Below are positions 51,640-64,000 of a DNA stretch of 64,000 bases, in pieces; position 1 is the first letter of the stretch, and the number at the start of each line of letters is the position of its first letter. The notes beneath the pieces are model-generated. The model saw only the letters and a list, made by a program, of their open reading frames with translations. It had not been told where the DNA came from and did not search any database. This DNA comes from Eledone cirrhosa (lineage: Eukaryota). The position numbers and the translations under genes were made by a program. The stretch lies in NCBI GenBank assembly GCA_964016885.1, contig OZ024740.1, positions 398,412,001 to 398,476,000 of the forward strand, in the 5' to 3' direction.

Positions 51640-53692
51640 CAGCCGTAATCCTGACCTCCTCATCACTTCCTCGTTGCTAACTTGGTCTCTCCGTGAAATT
51701 TTCAATATGGTCCGAATTCAACGATGGTGGAATACATCAAGCTTGTTACATACACTCTCCGTACTCTTCCATGTCTCACAGGCATATATCGCTGTTGGTA
51801 CTACAATGGACATGTAAACACGGAATTTGACGGCGTTGCCGATGGAACACCTGGACCATACCGGACGGAGTCGCTGGAAGACCGCCGCTGCTTTTCCCAG
51901 CCTTGTGCGCACATCCACCTCAGCATCCCCATCCTCAGAGATGTTGCTGCCAAGGTATTGGAAGTGGTTTACACATTCAATGTTACGCTGACCAACCATG
52001 ATGGGAGGATTTGGAGGGTCACCTATCGACATGGTCTTGGATTTTTCACAACTGATGCTGCGCAGGCCAACTTTCTCTGCATTGTCATTTAGAACGTTTG
52101 TCATCTCCTGCAGGTCTTCTCGGGAATGGCCTATCACTGCGATGTCATCGGCAAAGTCCAGGTCGCTTATTCTCCTTCTATCCCAACTGATGCCAAAACG
52201 AGGGTCACTCATTGTCTTCTTCATGATGAAATCGATGACAATGAGGAAAAGGAAAGGCGAAAGAATGCAGCCTTGTCGAACCCCCGTCAAGATGTCAAAC
52301 ATTTCCGTGTTTCCGTCCTTTGTCCTAACGCAGCACCTGGAAGTCGGTACAGCGACCTGAAGATGTTAATATATTTCTCTGGGACACCGTAGAGTCTTAC
52401 AATCTTCCACAATGACTCCCGATGAACACTGTCTTTCCTGAAGTCAATGTAGTTGACAACAAGGGACTTGTGGAACTCCCGACATTATTCAATGATATTT
52501 TGGAGAGTGAAGATCTGCTCTGAACAAGACCTTCTACTGCGGAAACCAGCCTGTTCTTCTCGAAGATGACGATCTACTTCTGCTCTCAGCTGGTTCAGGA
52601 TGACTGTGCAGAATACCTTCCCTGGCACTGATAGCAACGTGATCCCTCTCCAGTTGTTGCAATAGCTGAGACAGCCCTTCTTCGGTTGTGGTACAATCAC
52701 TCCATTTCCCCAGTCCTCCGGCACCTCCTTTTCTTGCCAAATCGCATTGCATAAATGGGTGAGCTGCTCCTCTATTACATCGTTGCCGTGCTTCAGAAGC
52801 TCTGCAGGAATCTCATCCAGCCCTGCCGCTTTGTTATTCTTTTGGCAGCGGATGGCCTTGGCCACCTCAGCTCTTGTGATGTCGTCTAGTCGTACATCCA
52901 GCCGGTAGCTCGCTTCCTCCCAGTCAAGCTTGAATACTGTGTTGGGGGATGGCTGATTGAGGACCTCACGAAAGTGTTCGTTCCACCTCTAGGCCTGCTA
53001 TTCACTGGCTGCAAGCATCCGACCATCTTTGCTCTTGATTGGCAAACTGCTTCCACTTCGTCTCCAGTTAGCTCTCTGACGAGACGGTACAGCGTCTTGG
53101 AATCATTTCGATCTGCTGCCACCTGTGCCTCTGCAGCCCGATCTTCTAACCACTGGCGCTTGTCTTTTCGACAGCTCTTCTTTACTTCCCTGTCAAGACG
53201 TCTGTACTCTCTGTCCACTTCCTTCCATTGCTGTCGAGTTTTGGTTTGATATCTTTTGTTCTTAACATCCTTCCTCTCGTCAATGAGATTCCATGAAGTA
53301 CTGCTGATCCACTGTTCCCGGTTGGTCCCCCTTCTTCTACCAATAACTACATCAGCACTCGCCCTGACCGCCTGAGCAAACATCTGCCACTGGTCTTCAC
53401 GGTTCTGTGCGTGCTGTAGTTCTTGGAACTTATTCCTGATCTCCAGGTAGAATCCCTCTGACGTGCCTTGTTCTTCCAGGCTTGCGACAGCATATGGCCT
53501 CACGGTCTTATTTGCTTTGTTCTTCTTCAACCTCAAGCGGATTTTTCCAACCACAAGATGATGGTCAGATCCGACGTCTGCCCCTCGGTAGGTGCGAACA
53601 TCCAAGAGAGAGGAACGCCACCTCGTGCCAATGCAGATATAATCAATCTCATTCCTGGTGTTGCCATCAGAGGAAGTCCATGTCATCTTGTG
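51640..53692 (-). mobile_element. RTE-clade LINE fragment (APE C-terminus plus RT), disrupted
   Basis: NEIDYI, GADVGSDHHLV, NWRGITLLS, EEQAGFR, GVRQGCILSP, LDFADD and YACETW motifs. Confidence 0.88.
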
Positions 53693-53705
53693 TATATGTG
53701 TGTAC

Positions 53706-53764
<59 letters not shown>

Positions 53765-53892
53765 AAAGTTCTATTTAAAATTGTTGGGATACAACAAGTA
53801 AATATTTTTATAACTGATATAAAGCACTCGACAAGTTTTTGGAGTAGATATACGATATTAATAAATGGAAACTATATTTATAAAACCATATT

Positions 53893-53957
53893 TATTTCAT
53901 TATACATATTTCAGGGATACCAAATTAAATTATGGTATGCCTTCATCAGACAAAATA
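53893..53957 (-). ncRNA. Type I hammerhead ribozyme motif (1403 family)
   Basis: Reverse complement of 34415-34479. Confidence 0.75.
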
Positions 53958-55179
53958 CAATATATAACAGTTTACAAGTGTTTTAAAGATATTTAATGCT
54001 TTGATATTTCTATAATTCGTTTGTCCTTTTGACTATACTAATATAATTGTATTTCCAAAATATAATCCTTTAGTATTTTAAATTTATATTGTTATAATTA
54101 TATTTCCAAAGTATAATCCTTAGTAATATATTGATATTTGATTATCTCTATACAAATGTGTATGTGTGTATTAACATGCATATAAAAGTGTTATAGGTTT
54201 TTTGTGATTGTATATATGTCTGTATGTATACATGAGCGATGCGGGAAGACGCACGCAAATATTTATTTATACATATATATGTGTATATATATATATATGT
54301 ATATGTATGTGTGTGGGTAAGAGATATGTTGCCTAACCACGCAGTTTTGATTGCAGATATGCATAATTTTAACAGAATGTTAAATGCATGAATAGTAATC
54401 GTATATATGAAGACATGAATATTAATCGGATATATTTATGTATATATACTGTGAACTTTTTATAACACAAGGAATGTATAGCAGTGATTAAAAGAAATCA
54501 TTTGTGTTTGTATGTCTATATTGTTGACTTGAGTAAATATAATTTCTATTTTCAGGACGTGCATATATATATATATATTTGTGTGTCTTTGCCTAAGATA
54601 CTGAATTCTCTAGCAATGTGTACATTTTGGATGATTAAACCCAAATTTTGGTATATTGATCTCAAGTTTTAAACTAAACATATAGTCATTATTAAACAAT
54701 GTTTAATTTCTCATATTATATATTTATGTCCCATTCATGAATATTAATATTTATATTTTTATTATTCATTTCATATAAATTGTTAACTCAACTTAACATG
54801 ACGTAAAGTTTTCATTATCTCCCCCCCCCCCTCTCTATAGAATATTTCTCTCTCTTGAGTTTTTCTAGCTGTCTGATGACTTAATATCTCTCTGTTGCTT
54901 TCCTCTGTTTTTCTTATGTCTTCCTTTTTTTCTTTCTTTCCTCCTGTCTTTATTTATCTCTTTCTTTTTTCTCCATTCATTTCTCTCTCTCCGATATTTC
55001 TCCACGTTTTTCTTTCTCTCTCTCCGTCTTTTTCTTTCTCTCCGTCTTTTTCTAATTGTCCTTAACACTATGACTTATTAAAATATTATAAACAACTCAC
55101 TATCCGGATGGCTTCCAAAAATAATGGTTGCATTTTAATAGGGTACGTCAAAGCTTATTTGTAAAACTGTTATATATTG

Positions 55180-55230
55180 TATTTTGTCTGATGAAGGCAT
55201 ACCATAATTTAATTTGGTATCCCTGAAATA
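55180..55230 (+). ncRNA. Truncated hammerhead (1403 family), stem III and the 3' strand of stem I lost
   Basis: CTGATGA-stem II-GAAA identical to 34423-34463, then diverges. Confidence 0.55.
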
Positions 55231-55397
55231 ATGGAATATATACAAGGAAGATTAATCATATTATAAGGTATCTATTTTTGAAGTTCTAGTTAACTTTATT
55301 TAGTTACCTACCTAACTATGTGTGCTTACACACTTGTAAAAATTATCCCCTGTGATTGTTTCATATGTTTATTTATATGTTAATCAATTTCTAGTTG

Positions 55398-55473
<76 letters not shown>

Positions 55474-55757
55474 AATTATGTCCAAAGAATCATTTGATAA
55501 AATATATACACTATTTCCTCTCCCAATTAGCATAATTAACCACATAAAAAATCAATTAGACCAGGCTATAAGAATAAAGGCTCCTATGAAGAAATATTTG
55601 ATTAATAAACAAAGCGGCCACTTCGCGGCTGACCGCAATCGAATATTTACCCAACATTTCAACAGCATGTAGAAATTGACTAAATATACCGTCAACCATA
55701 CTCAATTAGGTATAAATTTAAAGTTAGAAGAAATGCGTACATGCTTACCGTGATTAC

Positions 55758-55834
55758 GTCCCTACCATGGTTTCGTTCGTATTTTGAGATATCCTATTAA
55801 GGATAAATCTCGAGTATCGAACTCGTCAGGAGAC
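55758..55834 (-). ncRNA. Type I hammerhead ribozyme motif
   Basis: gtctc-CTGACGA-gttcg..cgaac-GAAA-CCATGG-TA-gggac. Confidence 0.85.
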
Positions 55835-56074
55835 AAACTCAATAGGACAGTTAATTCTCCAAAGCGATCCCCGCCAGAAATAGATTTAAAAAAATGGCTA
55901 AGAATCGTGACGTGACAGTGGTCAAGTTAGAAAGAATGTAATTAGTTGCTTACGGCGAGTAGGCTAGTTGCTAGAAAGTGCAGCCCAATATCGCCCAAAT
56001 TGCATCTCAACCGAATGGGAGATTATTAAATATAAAGATTTACATATACACAAAGTCACAGATATATATATAAA

Positions 56075-56109
<35 letters not shown>

Positions 56110-56139
56110 ATATTTATATATATATATATATTATATATT

Positions 56140-56175
<36 letters not shown>

Positions 56176-56218
56176 ATATATAATATATAAGATCAAAAGA
56201 TGGTTAAAAGAGTTCCAT

Positions 56219-56289
56219 GTATTTTATTATGCGCATTTCAAAAACAAATATCATCATGCAATAACATTTGCGTTTTCGTCAGATGTACT
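56219..56289 (-). ncRNA. Hammerhead motif with weak stem I, in a ~130-bp TA-flanked unit
   Basis: CTGACGA-aaacgcaaatgttatt/gatgatatttgttttt-GAAA-TGCGCA-TA. Confidence 0.65.
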
Positions 56290-56310
56290 ACAATAAAACT
56301 CACCTCCTAC

Positions 56311-56362
<52 letters not shown>

Positions 56363-57267
56363 AAAAGATCTGGACCCCGACGTAGAGGCTATTTCTATAT
56401 TAAATATTTATACTCTGCTATGTATTGAGTACCTTACTTACTGTGGTTACCCCGTTTGAACCTGGGATAAACTTATATATATATATATATACATACTATA
56501 TATTGCCTTAAAAGAGAAGGGATTAAGGGAGAATAGAAAATATATTTACCATAATAACAATATATAAACAAAAATATCAGAAACAGAAAGATTACTTGGT
56601 TTTATCCGCCCATCAGTTTAAATGTATCACTTCATATAGCCGCAATATTTTCTACATAGCTATCTTAATCACAAGTTTTTTTCAAAAAAAATAATATCAG
56701 AGCACCTAAAATCAAGTTACTGCCATAACCAGGATCAACAACAAAGATTCCACATTTAGAAATACACCATACATACCCACCATCTCTATGTAAATTTAGT
56801 AATATCACATTCTATCCTCTTGGTGGTAATTTTCTCGCAAAATCACTTCTGTGCAGTGCGAATGCGACCCTCATAAAGGTCGCTGAATAACAGTTATATC
56901 GACTCACCTAAGAACACATTACTCAGCACATTACATCCGGTATGGGGATTTCATTTCATACAGTATCAGAGTCATGATACAATATCTATATTTTTTCCTT
57001 ACACAACCCTACCCACCAACTAAATCCAAGAAAAAACAATATTCACAAAATACAAATACCCAAAATAGTCAAAGTTAACCCATATATATCACGCTGGAAC
57101 ATTCCTCCTACCACTCTTTATTTTTTTCGTTCGAATTTTATTTTAACTTTTTTTTTATTTTCTTTGCCCGTTTCCTTTTGACTATGTAACTCACTCTTCT
57201 TCCTCCAAGCGTGAAGTTAATACACATGTTATTACATCCTCTTGTTTATTCGTTTCTTATTTCCTTG

Positions 57268-57310
<43 letters not shown>

Positions 57311-57382
57311 GGTAAATATTGATGCAATTCAATTCAAGCACTCAACATACTTTTTCCACATAGGAGTGACGGAGTAAATATC

Positions 57383-57458
57383 GAATAAGGAAAAGCGAAG
57401 TAGTTTCATCTGTTCAACGTATGAATGTTGAACATATGAAACTACTTCGCTTTTCCTT

Positions 57459-57462
<4 letters not shown>
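57383..57462. repeat. Palindrome abutting (TA)n
   Basis: gaataaggaaaagcgaagtagtttcat...atgaaactacttcgcttttccttattc. Confidence 0.85.
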
Positions 57463-57495
<33 letters not shown>

Positions 57496-57912
57496 CGATC
57501 GACTTTCGTCAAATCGAACCGAGGAAACAATGTTTCCGTTGGTCTTTCCAATTGCTAATACTATCTATCGGTCACAACTCCAGGTAGAAGGAGCAACGCG
57601 AAATAAAGTGTCTTCCTCAAGGACATAACGCATCACCCGGTCCGGGAATCGAACTCACAATCTCGTGATTGCGAATCCAATTCTCTAACCACTCAGGAAC
57701 ACGCCTTCTTATATATATATATACGACGGGCGAGAGAAAAGAGTACTCAATACCGAAGTAGAGTTTAAATATTCATTTATTATAACTAAATAATGAGTCT
57801 TTTTACTCTGGAGATTTACTCGATTACATGAGCAGATGAAGTTCCAGAGCATCAAGACTCACTATTTAGCCATAATAAATGAATACATATATCTGTGTGT
57901 GTGTGTTTATAC

Positions 57913-58023
<111 letters not shown>

Positions 58024-58134
58024 CGTGTGTGTGTGTGTGTACAGATATATGGATGGTAAGAATCGAACTTATAACATCTCTCTCAGATCTTCTTATACCA
58101 TTGCACCTGTATAAGTCGTACAAACACGCATAAT

Positions 58135-58260
58135 TGTTTCTACTTTTGGCACAAGGCCAGCAATTATCCCAGTGTATTACTGGTACTTTATTTTATCGAC
58201 CCCGTAAGGATGAAAAGCAAAATTAACCTTGGCGGGATTTGAACTCAGATACTGCCAATC
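58135..58260 (-). mobile_element. Internally deleted SINE with 10-bp TSD
   Basis: cacgcataat at 58125-58134 and 58261-58270. Confidence 0.85.
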
Positions 58261-58359
58261 CACGCATAATGTGGATACATTTGTCTCGACAATACTTTAC
58301 CCTTGCATATATATATATATATATTTTTAAAAAATAGAGGTGTGACACACGAGTTGTGA

Positions 58360-58739
<380 letters not shown>

Positions 58740-59716
58740 GGCACGATAATTTATATAAGAGAAACAGTGATCACATAAGTTAAATCGTATTTTCCTTCGG
58801 TGGATCGATCATATACTTTAGCGGCTTTGAAAAGTATGTCCGTTCTTTTTTCTTCTTGTTTTATTTAATTTTTTCTTTTTTTTTTGCATTTTTTTTTTTG
58901 GTATATGTTTTTGGTGAGACCTTCTAAGTAGAGCTTTCCTGTGTTATATAGGAATGTTTTTTCATTGAGTAGTTTATGTATATTGTTTTCATTGTTTACA
59001 TTCCATACTTTTATGTAATGTACGTAGACAATTCTCGACGTGCGAGAGTAATTGTATCTAGTATTTCTTCATGATCTACTACACAAAACATGAAAGTACT
59101 AATTACAACTTTATGTGAGAAATATATAGAGCCTTACATATTTATATATAAATTCATGTGAGATTAATAGTCATTACACACCCAATGTGCGGTTTCGTTC
59201 GTTCTGTCGACCATACATATCAATGTACTTTTATGTTTTAGTAGGTCAAACTATCATATAGTCGATCCCTCATTGACGCGTATACGGTCAAATGCAAACT
59301 CCATATATATGTGTGTGTATGTGTGTGTGTGTGTGTACAAATATATAAGTTACATGAATACATCAATTTCACAGTTAAAGGACTAATATTTATTACACAA
59401 CTGACACCTGTTTCGCCATATATATATATATGTGCGTGTGTGTGTGTGTGTGTTTAGTTACATGTATACCGCTATGCTAGCTTTTCTTGATCATGTTAGT
59501 ACGCTTGTCTCTATATCTTCAACATCCCTCCAACAGTGAAAACAACTGGTGAACAACAGCAGATAAGACTGTTTCTCAGTGATCAAGATTGATTGATACT
59601 GCATCTCTTCAAAGTGGTCTACAGTTGGTCATGGAACCACTTCCTCTGTCTTTGGTATAGTTGGCCATAAAGAAATGCATGAATATATACATCTGCTCGT
59701 ATGTATGTATGTATTT

Positions 59717-59998
59717 ATGTGTGACAAGGATTGTGCTAGCATGGGAGGTCTTAAAAGACACATGAGAACACACAGCCAGAAGAAAGCAATGGAAAGTCCT
59801 GGAGGAGCCTACTGTTGCCATGTATGTGCCAGAGGGTTCAAGTCTTTGGCTGGTTTAAAGAGCCACATTCGTGCCTCACAATTTTAAGCATGTTATCGGG
59901 CGATGACAATGCTCGAACACGAGTTTGCAGCCATCATTTATGTATGTATGTATGTATGTATGTATGTATGTATGTATGTATGTATGTATGTATGTATG
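59717..59998 (+). mobile_element. 3' end of an RTE-like LINE (C2H2 fingers) with (TATG)n tail
   Basis: CDKDCASMGGLKRHMRTH and CHVCARGFKSLAGLKSH, then stop, short UTR and TATG repeats. Confidence 0.6.
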
Positions 59999-60034
59999 AT
60001 TGCATGTATGTATGTACATACATACATACATTAC

Positions 60035-60520
60035 ATGTCAAAACCTGTCAAAGGGCAAAGGAGCTCTTAAGAGTCAATGGCCATCCAAAATCACCGGGAG
60101 AGATGACCCCTTAGCCTTTGTCAAGGCAGAATTCTAGGAGAAGGAAAACTCTGATATAACACCTGCAACCCTGATGGTATCCAATGATGTTGACTTGTTC
60201 TTCTTTTTGGTAAATATCATCTTGGTTAAGAGAGTGGGACTGGCTTTGTGCAGTGCCTTTGCTCACTATAAAAGCTTCACGGCACAGGCATTGCTTTATA
60301 TATGGATATCACTCTGCACTTGTCGTCACATGGAACCATGGGCCCAGCACTATGTGTCAATAATTGTCACAAGTGTAGTGTTTGTACCAGAGTTTTCAAG
60401 TCGCTGGCTGGACTAAAAAGTCACACTCGTTCAGCGCATCGGTAGGGGTTCTCCTACATGGATATAAAGTAGTGGCCGTACTCGAAAACGAGTTGGCAGC
60501 CACCATGTAAGTATGTATGT
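60035..60520 (+). mobile_element. Putative non-autonomous RTE derivative
   Basis: Contains FKSLAGLKSH-coding similarity to about 59835-59870 and the same gcagcca(c/t)cat plus TATG end; ctaggagaaggaaaactctgat recalls RTE 5' UTRs (from memory). Confidence 0.5.
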
Positions 60521-60625
60521 ATATATGTATGTATATATATATATATACTGACATGACTATAAAATTGAGGCTTGTTTGCATATCGAATGTTATTAATATT
60601 CGAAAAACTCAGATTACAATTATAT

Positions 60626-60657
<32 letters not shown>

Positions 60658-60687
60658 TATTATGTAATAAACAACATAAGGCAATTA

Positions 60688-60747
60688 TTCCATTTACCAG
60701 TGGTTTCTTAAAAGCAAAAGGTTTTGCTTTCAATCCTCAGAATGAAA
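60688..60747 (-). ncRNA. Type I hammerhead ribozyme motif
   Basis: tttcatt-CTGAGGA-ttgaaagcaaaa/ttttgcttttaa-GAAA-CCACTGG-TA-aatggaa. Confidence 0.8.
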
Positions 60748-60889
60748 AAATCCTGGTTTGTTTATTGAATTTGGATCTTAAAAAAACAAAAAAAGCAAGC
60801 TATATGAAAGTGAGGCTGGAGAAGGAAGAAGGAAAGGAAAAATAAAATAAGACTACACATACAACCACACATACACGAAAAAACATAAA

Positions 60890-61051
<162 letters not shown>

Positions 61052-61179
61052 TACACACGCATACACACACACGTTATTCCGGGTTGAATCGGAGGCAGCC
61101 ACAGTAAGCAAGGCACTCAGTACACCGCAGAGCATGAAAGTTTTAATATAGATGAGAATCTGTATATGTACAAACACAT

Positions 61180-61225
<46 letters not shown>

Positions 61226-61228
<3 letters not shown>

Positions 61229-61571
61229 TAGATTTGGAGGAAGGGGAGATTCCTTAAAAGCTAAATTCTTAAAGGTTCTAGTAAATTGACGAAGGTTTAG
61301 GGAATTCTGTAGACATTTTCTAAGTATAATCTAATTCACGAGACACTTGCACGCACACACATGTGTATGGGGGAAATATATTTATATTTGTATACGCATG
61401 CGTATACAAATATAAATATATTTCCCCCATACACATGTGTGTGCGTGCAAGTGTCTCGTGAATTAGATTATACTTAGAAAATGTCTACAGAATTCCCTAA
61501 ACCTTCGTCAATTTACTAGAACCTTTAAGAATTTAGCTTTTAAGGAATCTCCCCTTCCTCCATATCTATCT
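61226..61571. repeat. Spacerless palindrome with 173-bp arms
   Basis: Centre tatacgca|tgcgtata at 61398/61399; one mismatch seen near the outer ends. Confidence 0.92.
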
Positions 61572-61708
61572 ACCATGACTGACCCCATACTGATCTTACA
61601 GACACCTGTGAGCTAAAGAGAAACCTAATGATAAGGATTGGCTCCAATCTGAATACAGAAATCTGTCTGCCTTTGTTCCTCTAAGAACAAACATATACAA
61701 ACATTCAT

Positions 61709-61767
<59 letters not shown>

Positions 61768-61939
61768 TATCTACACACACACACGCATACATATATATAT
61801 ATATACACACACACATGCATATATACACACACATATACACATACACACACACATATATATATACACGCATATATATACATACATATATATATATATGCGC
61901 GTGCGTACACGCATACACATACGTACACATAACCATACC

Positions 61940-62001
<62 letters not shown>

Positions 62002-62014
62002 TATATATATATAT

Positions 62015-62079
<65 letters not shown>

Positions 62080-62598
62080 CATACATACATTCACACAATC
62101 AAACATATATACACACGTACATGCATACACATACATAAATGCACTCCTCTACATATTCACACACGCAAACAAATATAGGAAAAAAATATATATATATATA
62201 TTATAAAAACATTGAGACCGCTACATAAGGCAGCAAACTGGACAGACAAGCGTGGTAAGAAACACACACAAAAGCACATATACATACGCACGAAATAGTC
62301 AACGCATTCACACACTCTCACACATAAAAAAAATTTCAAATACAAATACAAAAACGCATACATACGCATACATGCAAAACCACGCACAAGTGTACAATCT
62401 ATACACACACACACGTGTATACAACTATATGCACACACACACATATATGCATACATATACACACATATATATATACATAAATACAAACGTACACACACAC
62501 ATATATATACACGTACACATGTACACACATATACATACATAGCTAAACAATTATACACATACAAATACGTATATATCATAAACACGCACAACAGAACA

Positions 62599-62650
<52 letters not shown>

Positions 62651-62701
62651 CATATACAATTATCAATATATACACACGCACATATGTACACACACACATA
62701 T

Positions 62702-62776
<75 letters not shown>

Positions 62777-62944
62777 TGCATATACACATATACACACATA
62801 CACACAACCACGCACACACACATGCATACGCATACACACACGTATATGCGTGTGTGTATGTAAAACTCAATCTTAGATAAATCATAAGGACCTTACACAT
62901 ACGTATATATAGTAGTAAAGTATTAAAGCAACATAAGGCAATTA

Positions 62945-63004
62945 TTCCATTTACCAAGGGTTTCTTAACAGCAAAAAAATTTTTCCTACAATCTTCAGGA
63001 TGAG
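62945..63004 (-). ncRNA. Hammerhead motif, diverged relative of 60688-60747
   Basis: tcatc-CTGAAGA-ttgtagg..ctgttaa-GAAA-CCCTTGG-TA-aatggaa, ~400 nt 3' of a GIY-YIG ORF. Confidence 0.6.
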
Positions 63005-63157
63005 AGAAACCTGGCTTATCCACACATACACATATATACACACACACACAAATACACACACATATAAATACATACACACAGGCACACATACACATACGTA
63101 TAAACATATATACATACACACATACACATACACACACATATCTATATGTATATATAT

Positions 63158-63214
<57 letters not shown>

Positions 63215-63413
63215 AATATACATACACACACACATAGGTATGTGGAGGGCAAGGCAAAAAGAATATATGTGGGGGGGGGGCGCATAGGAGAAGGTAAAAT
63301 ATAAGGGGCGGTAAGGGAGAAAAAAATATATAATAAATGTAAGTATACAAGAGTACAGAACGTAGAAACAGTAAAATAAAAGCCGTAGCAGAAGTAAAGA
63401 GCGGGAAAGGAGT

Positions 63414-63665
63414 TCAAGGCGGTTGATTTCTCATAGGAGTGTCAATCCAGTTACAGAGCAGGTGCGGTCTCAGATGAGGACAGCATCTGAAGATCTCAGT
63501 CTTTGAATTAAGGCAAGCGGAAGTGTCTCTCAAGTTTAGCAAAATCCTATACTTTTCTGTGGTACAAAAAGAACAATTCTTTGTGCCCCTTTGGTACTCC
63601 CTCGAATGGTCTAATATAGACCAATCAATAGAGTACGGGATGTTACTATCCTTGAGTTCCCACAC
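63414..63665 (-). pseudogene. C-terminal GIY-YIG fragment of a Neptune-like Penelope element
   Basis: WELKD..YSIDWSIL, CSFCTTEK and LNSKTEIFRCCPH motifs; the 5' junction joins an inverted copy (63670-64000) of 61657-61930. Confidence 0.8.
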
Positions 63666-63743
63666 CTTGTGTACGTATGTGTATGCGTGTACGCACGCGC
63701 ATATATATATATATATATGTATGTATATATATGCGTGTATATA

Positions 63744-63774
<31 letters not shown>

Positions 63775-63861
63775 GTATATATGCATGTGTGTGTGTGTGT
63801 ATGTGTGTGTGTGTATGTGTGTGTGTATATATATATATGTATGCGTGTGTGTGTGTAGATA

Positions 63862-63951
<90 letters not shown>

Positions 63952-64000
63952 AATGTTTGTATATGTTTGTTCTTAGAGGAACAAAGGCAGACAGATTTCT

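Noticed and set aside
61596-63952. Long YI/CV/HT-rich ORFs here and throughout the window
   Set aside because: They are translations of (TA)n and (CA)n microsatellites.

Overview
AT-rich animal genomic DNA, probably cephalopod or octopus-like (inferred from the repeat and SINE types). It consists almost entirely of microsatellites and transposons, and no host gene is recognisable. Contents: (1) four 5'-complete but defective L1/Tx1-clade LINEs from two or three subfamilies, all inserted in (ATT)n arrays; (2) several 5'-truncated R4/Dong-type RLE elements and many copies of a tRNA-derived SINE in the same arrays; (3) fragments of Penelope-like elements (Neptune-like and Naiad-like GIY-YIG) in (TA)n, with about 12 type I hammerhead ribozyme motifs carrying palindromic stem III and many fold-back palindromes; (4) RTE remnants, a non-autonomous Helitron and a hAT MITE. 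Best novel candidates: a conserved 53-54 nt putative GT-AG mini-intron at the Tx1 ORF1/ORF2 junction, whose removal would fuse ORF1 to ORF2 in frame, and a 3' CUUGU stem-loop plus ATT tail shared by the Tx1 LINE and the SINE. All calls come from reading the sequence by eye; no searches were run.
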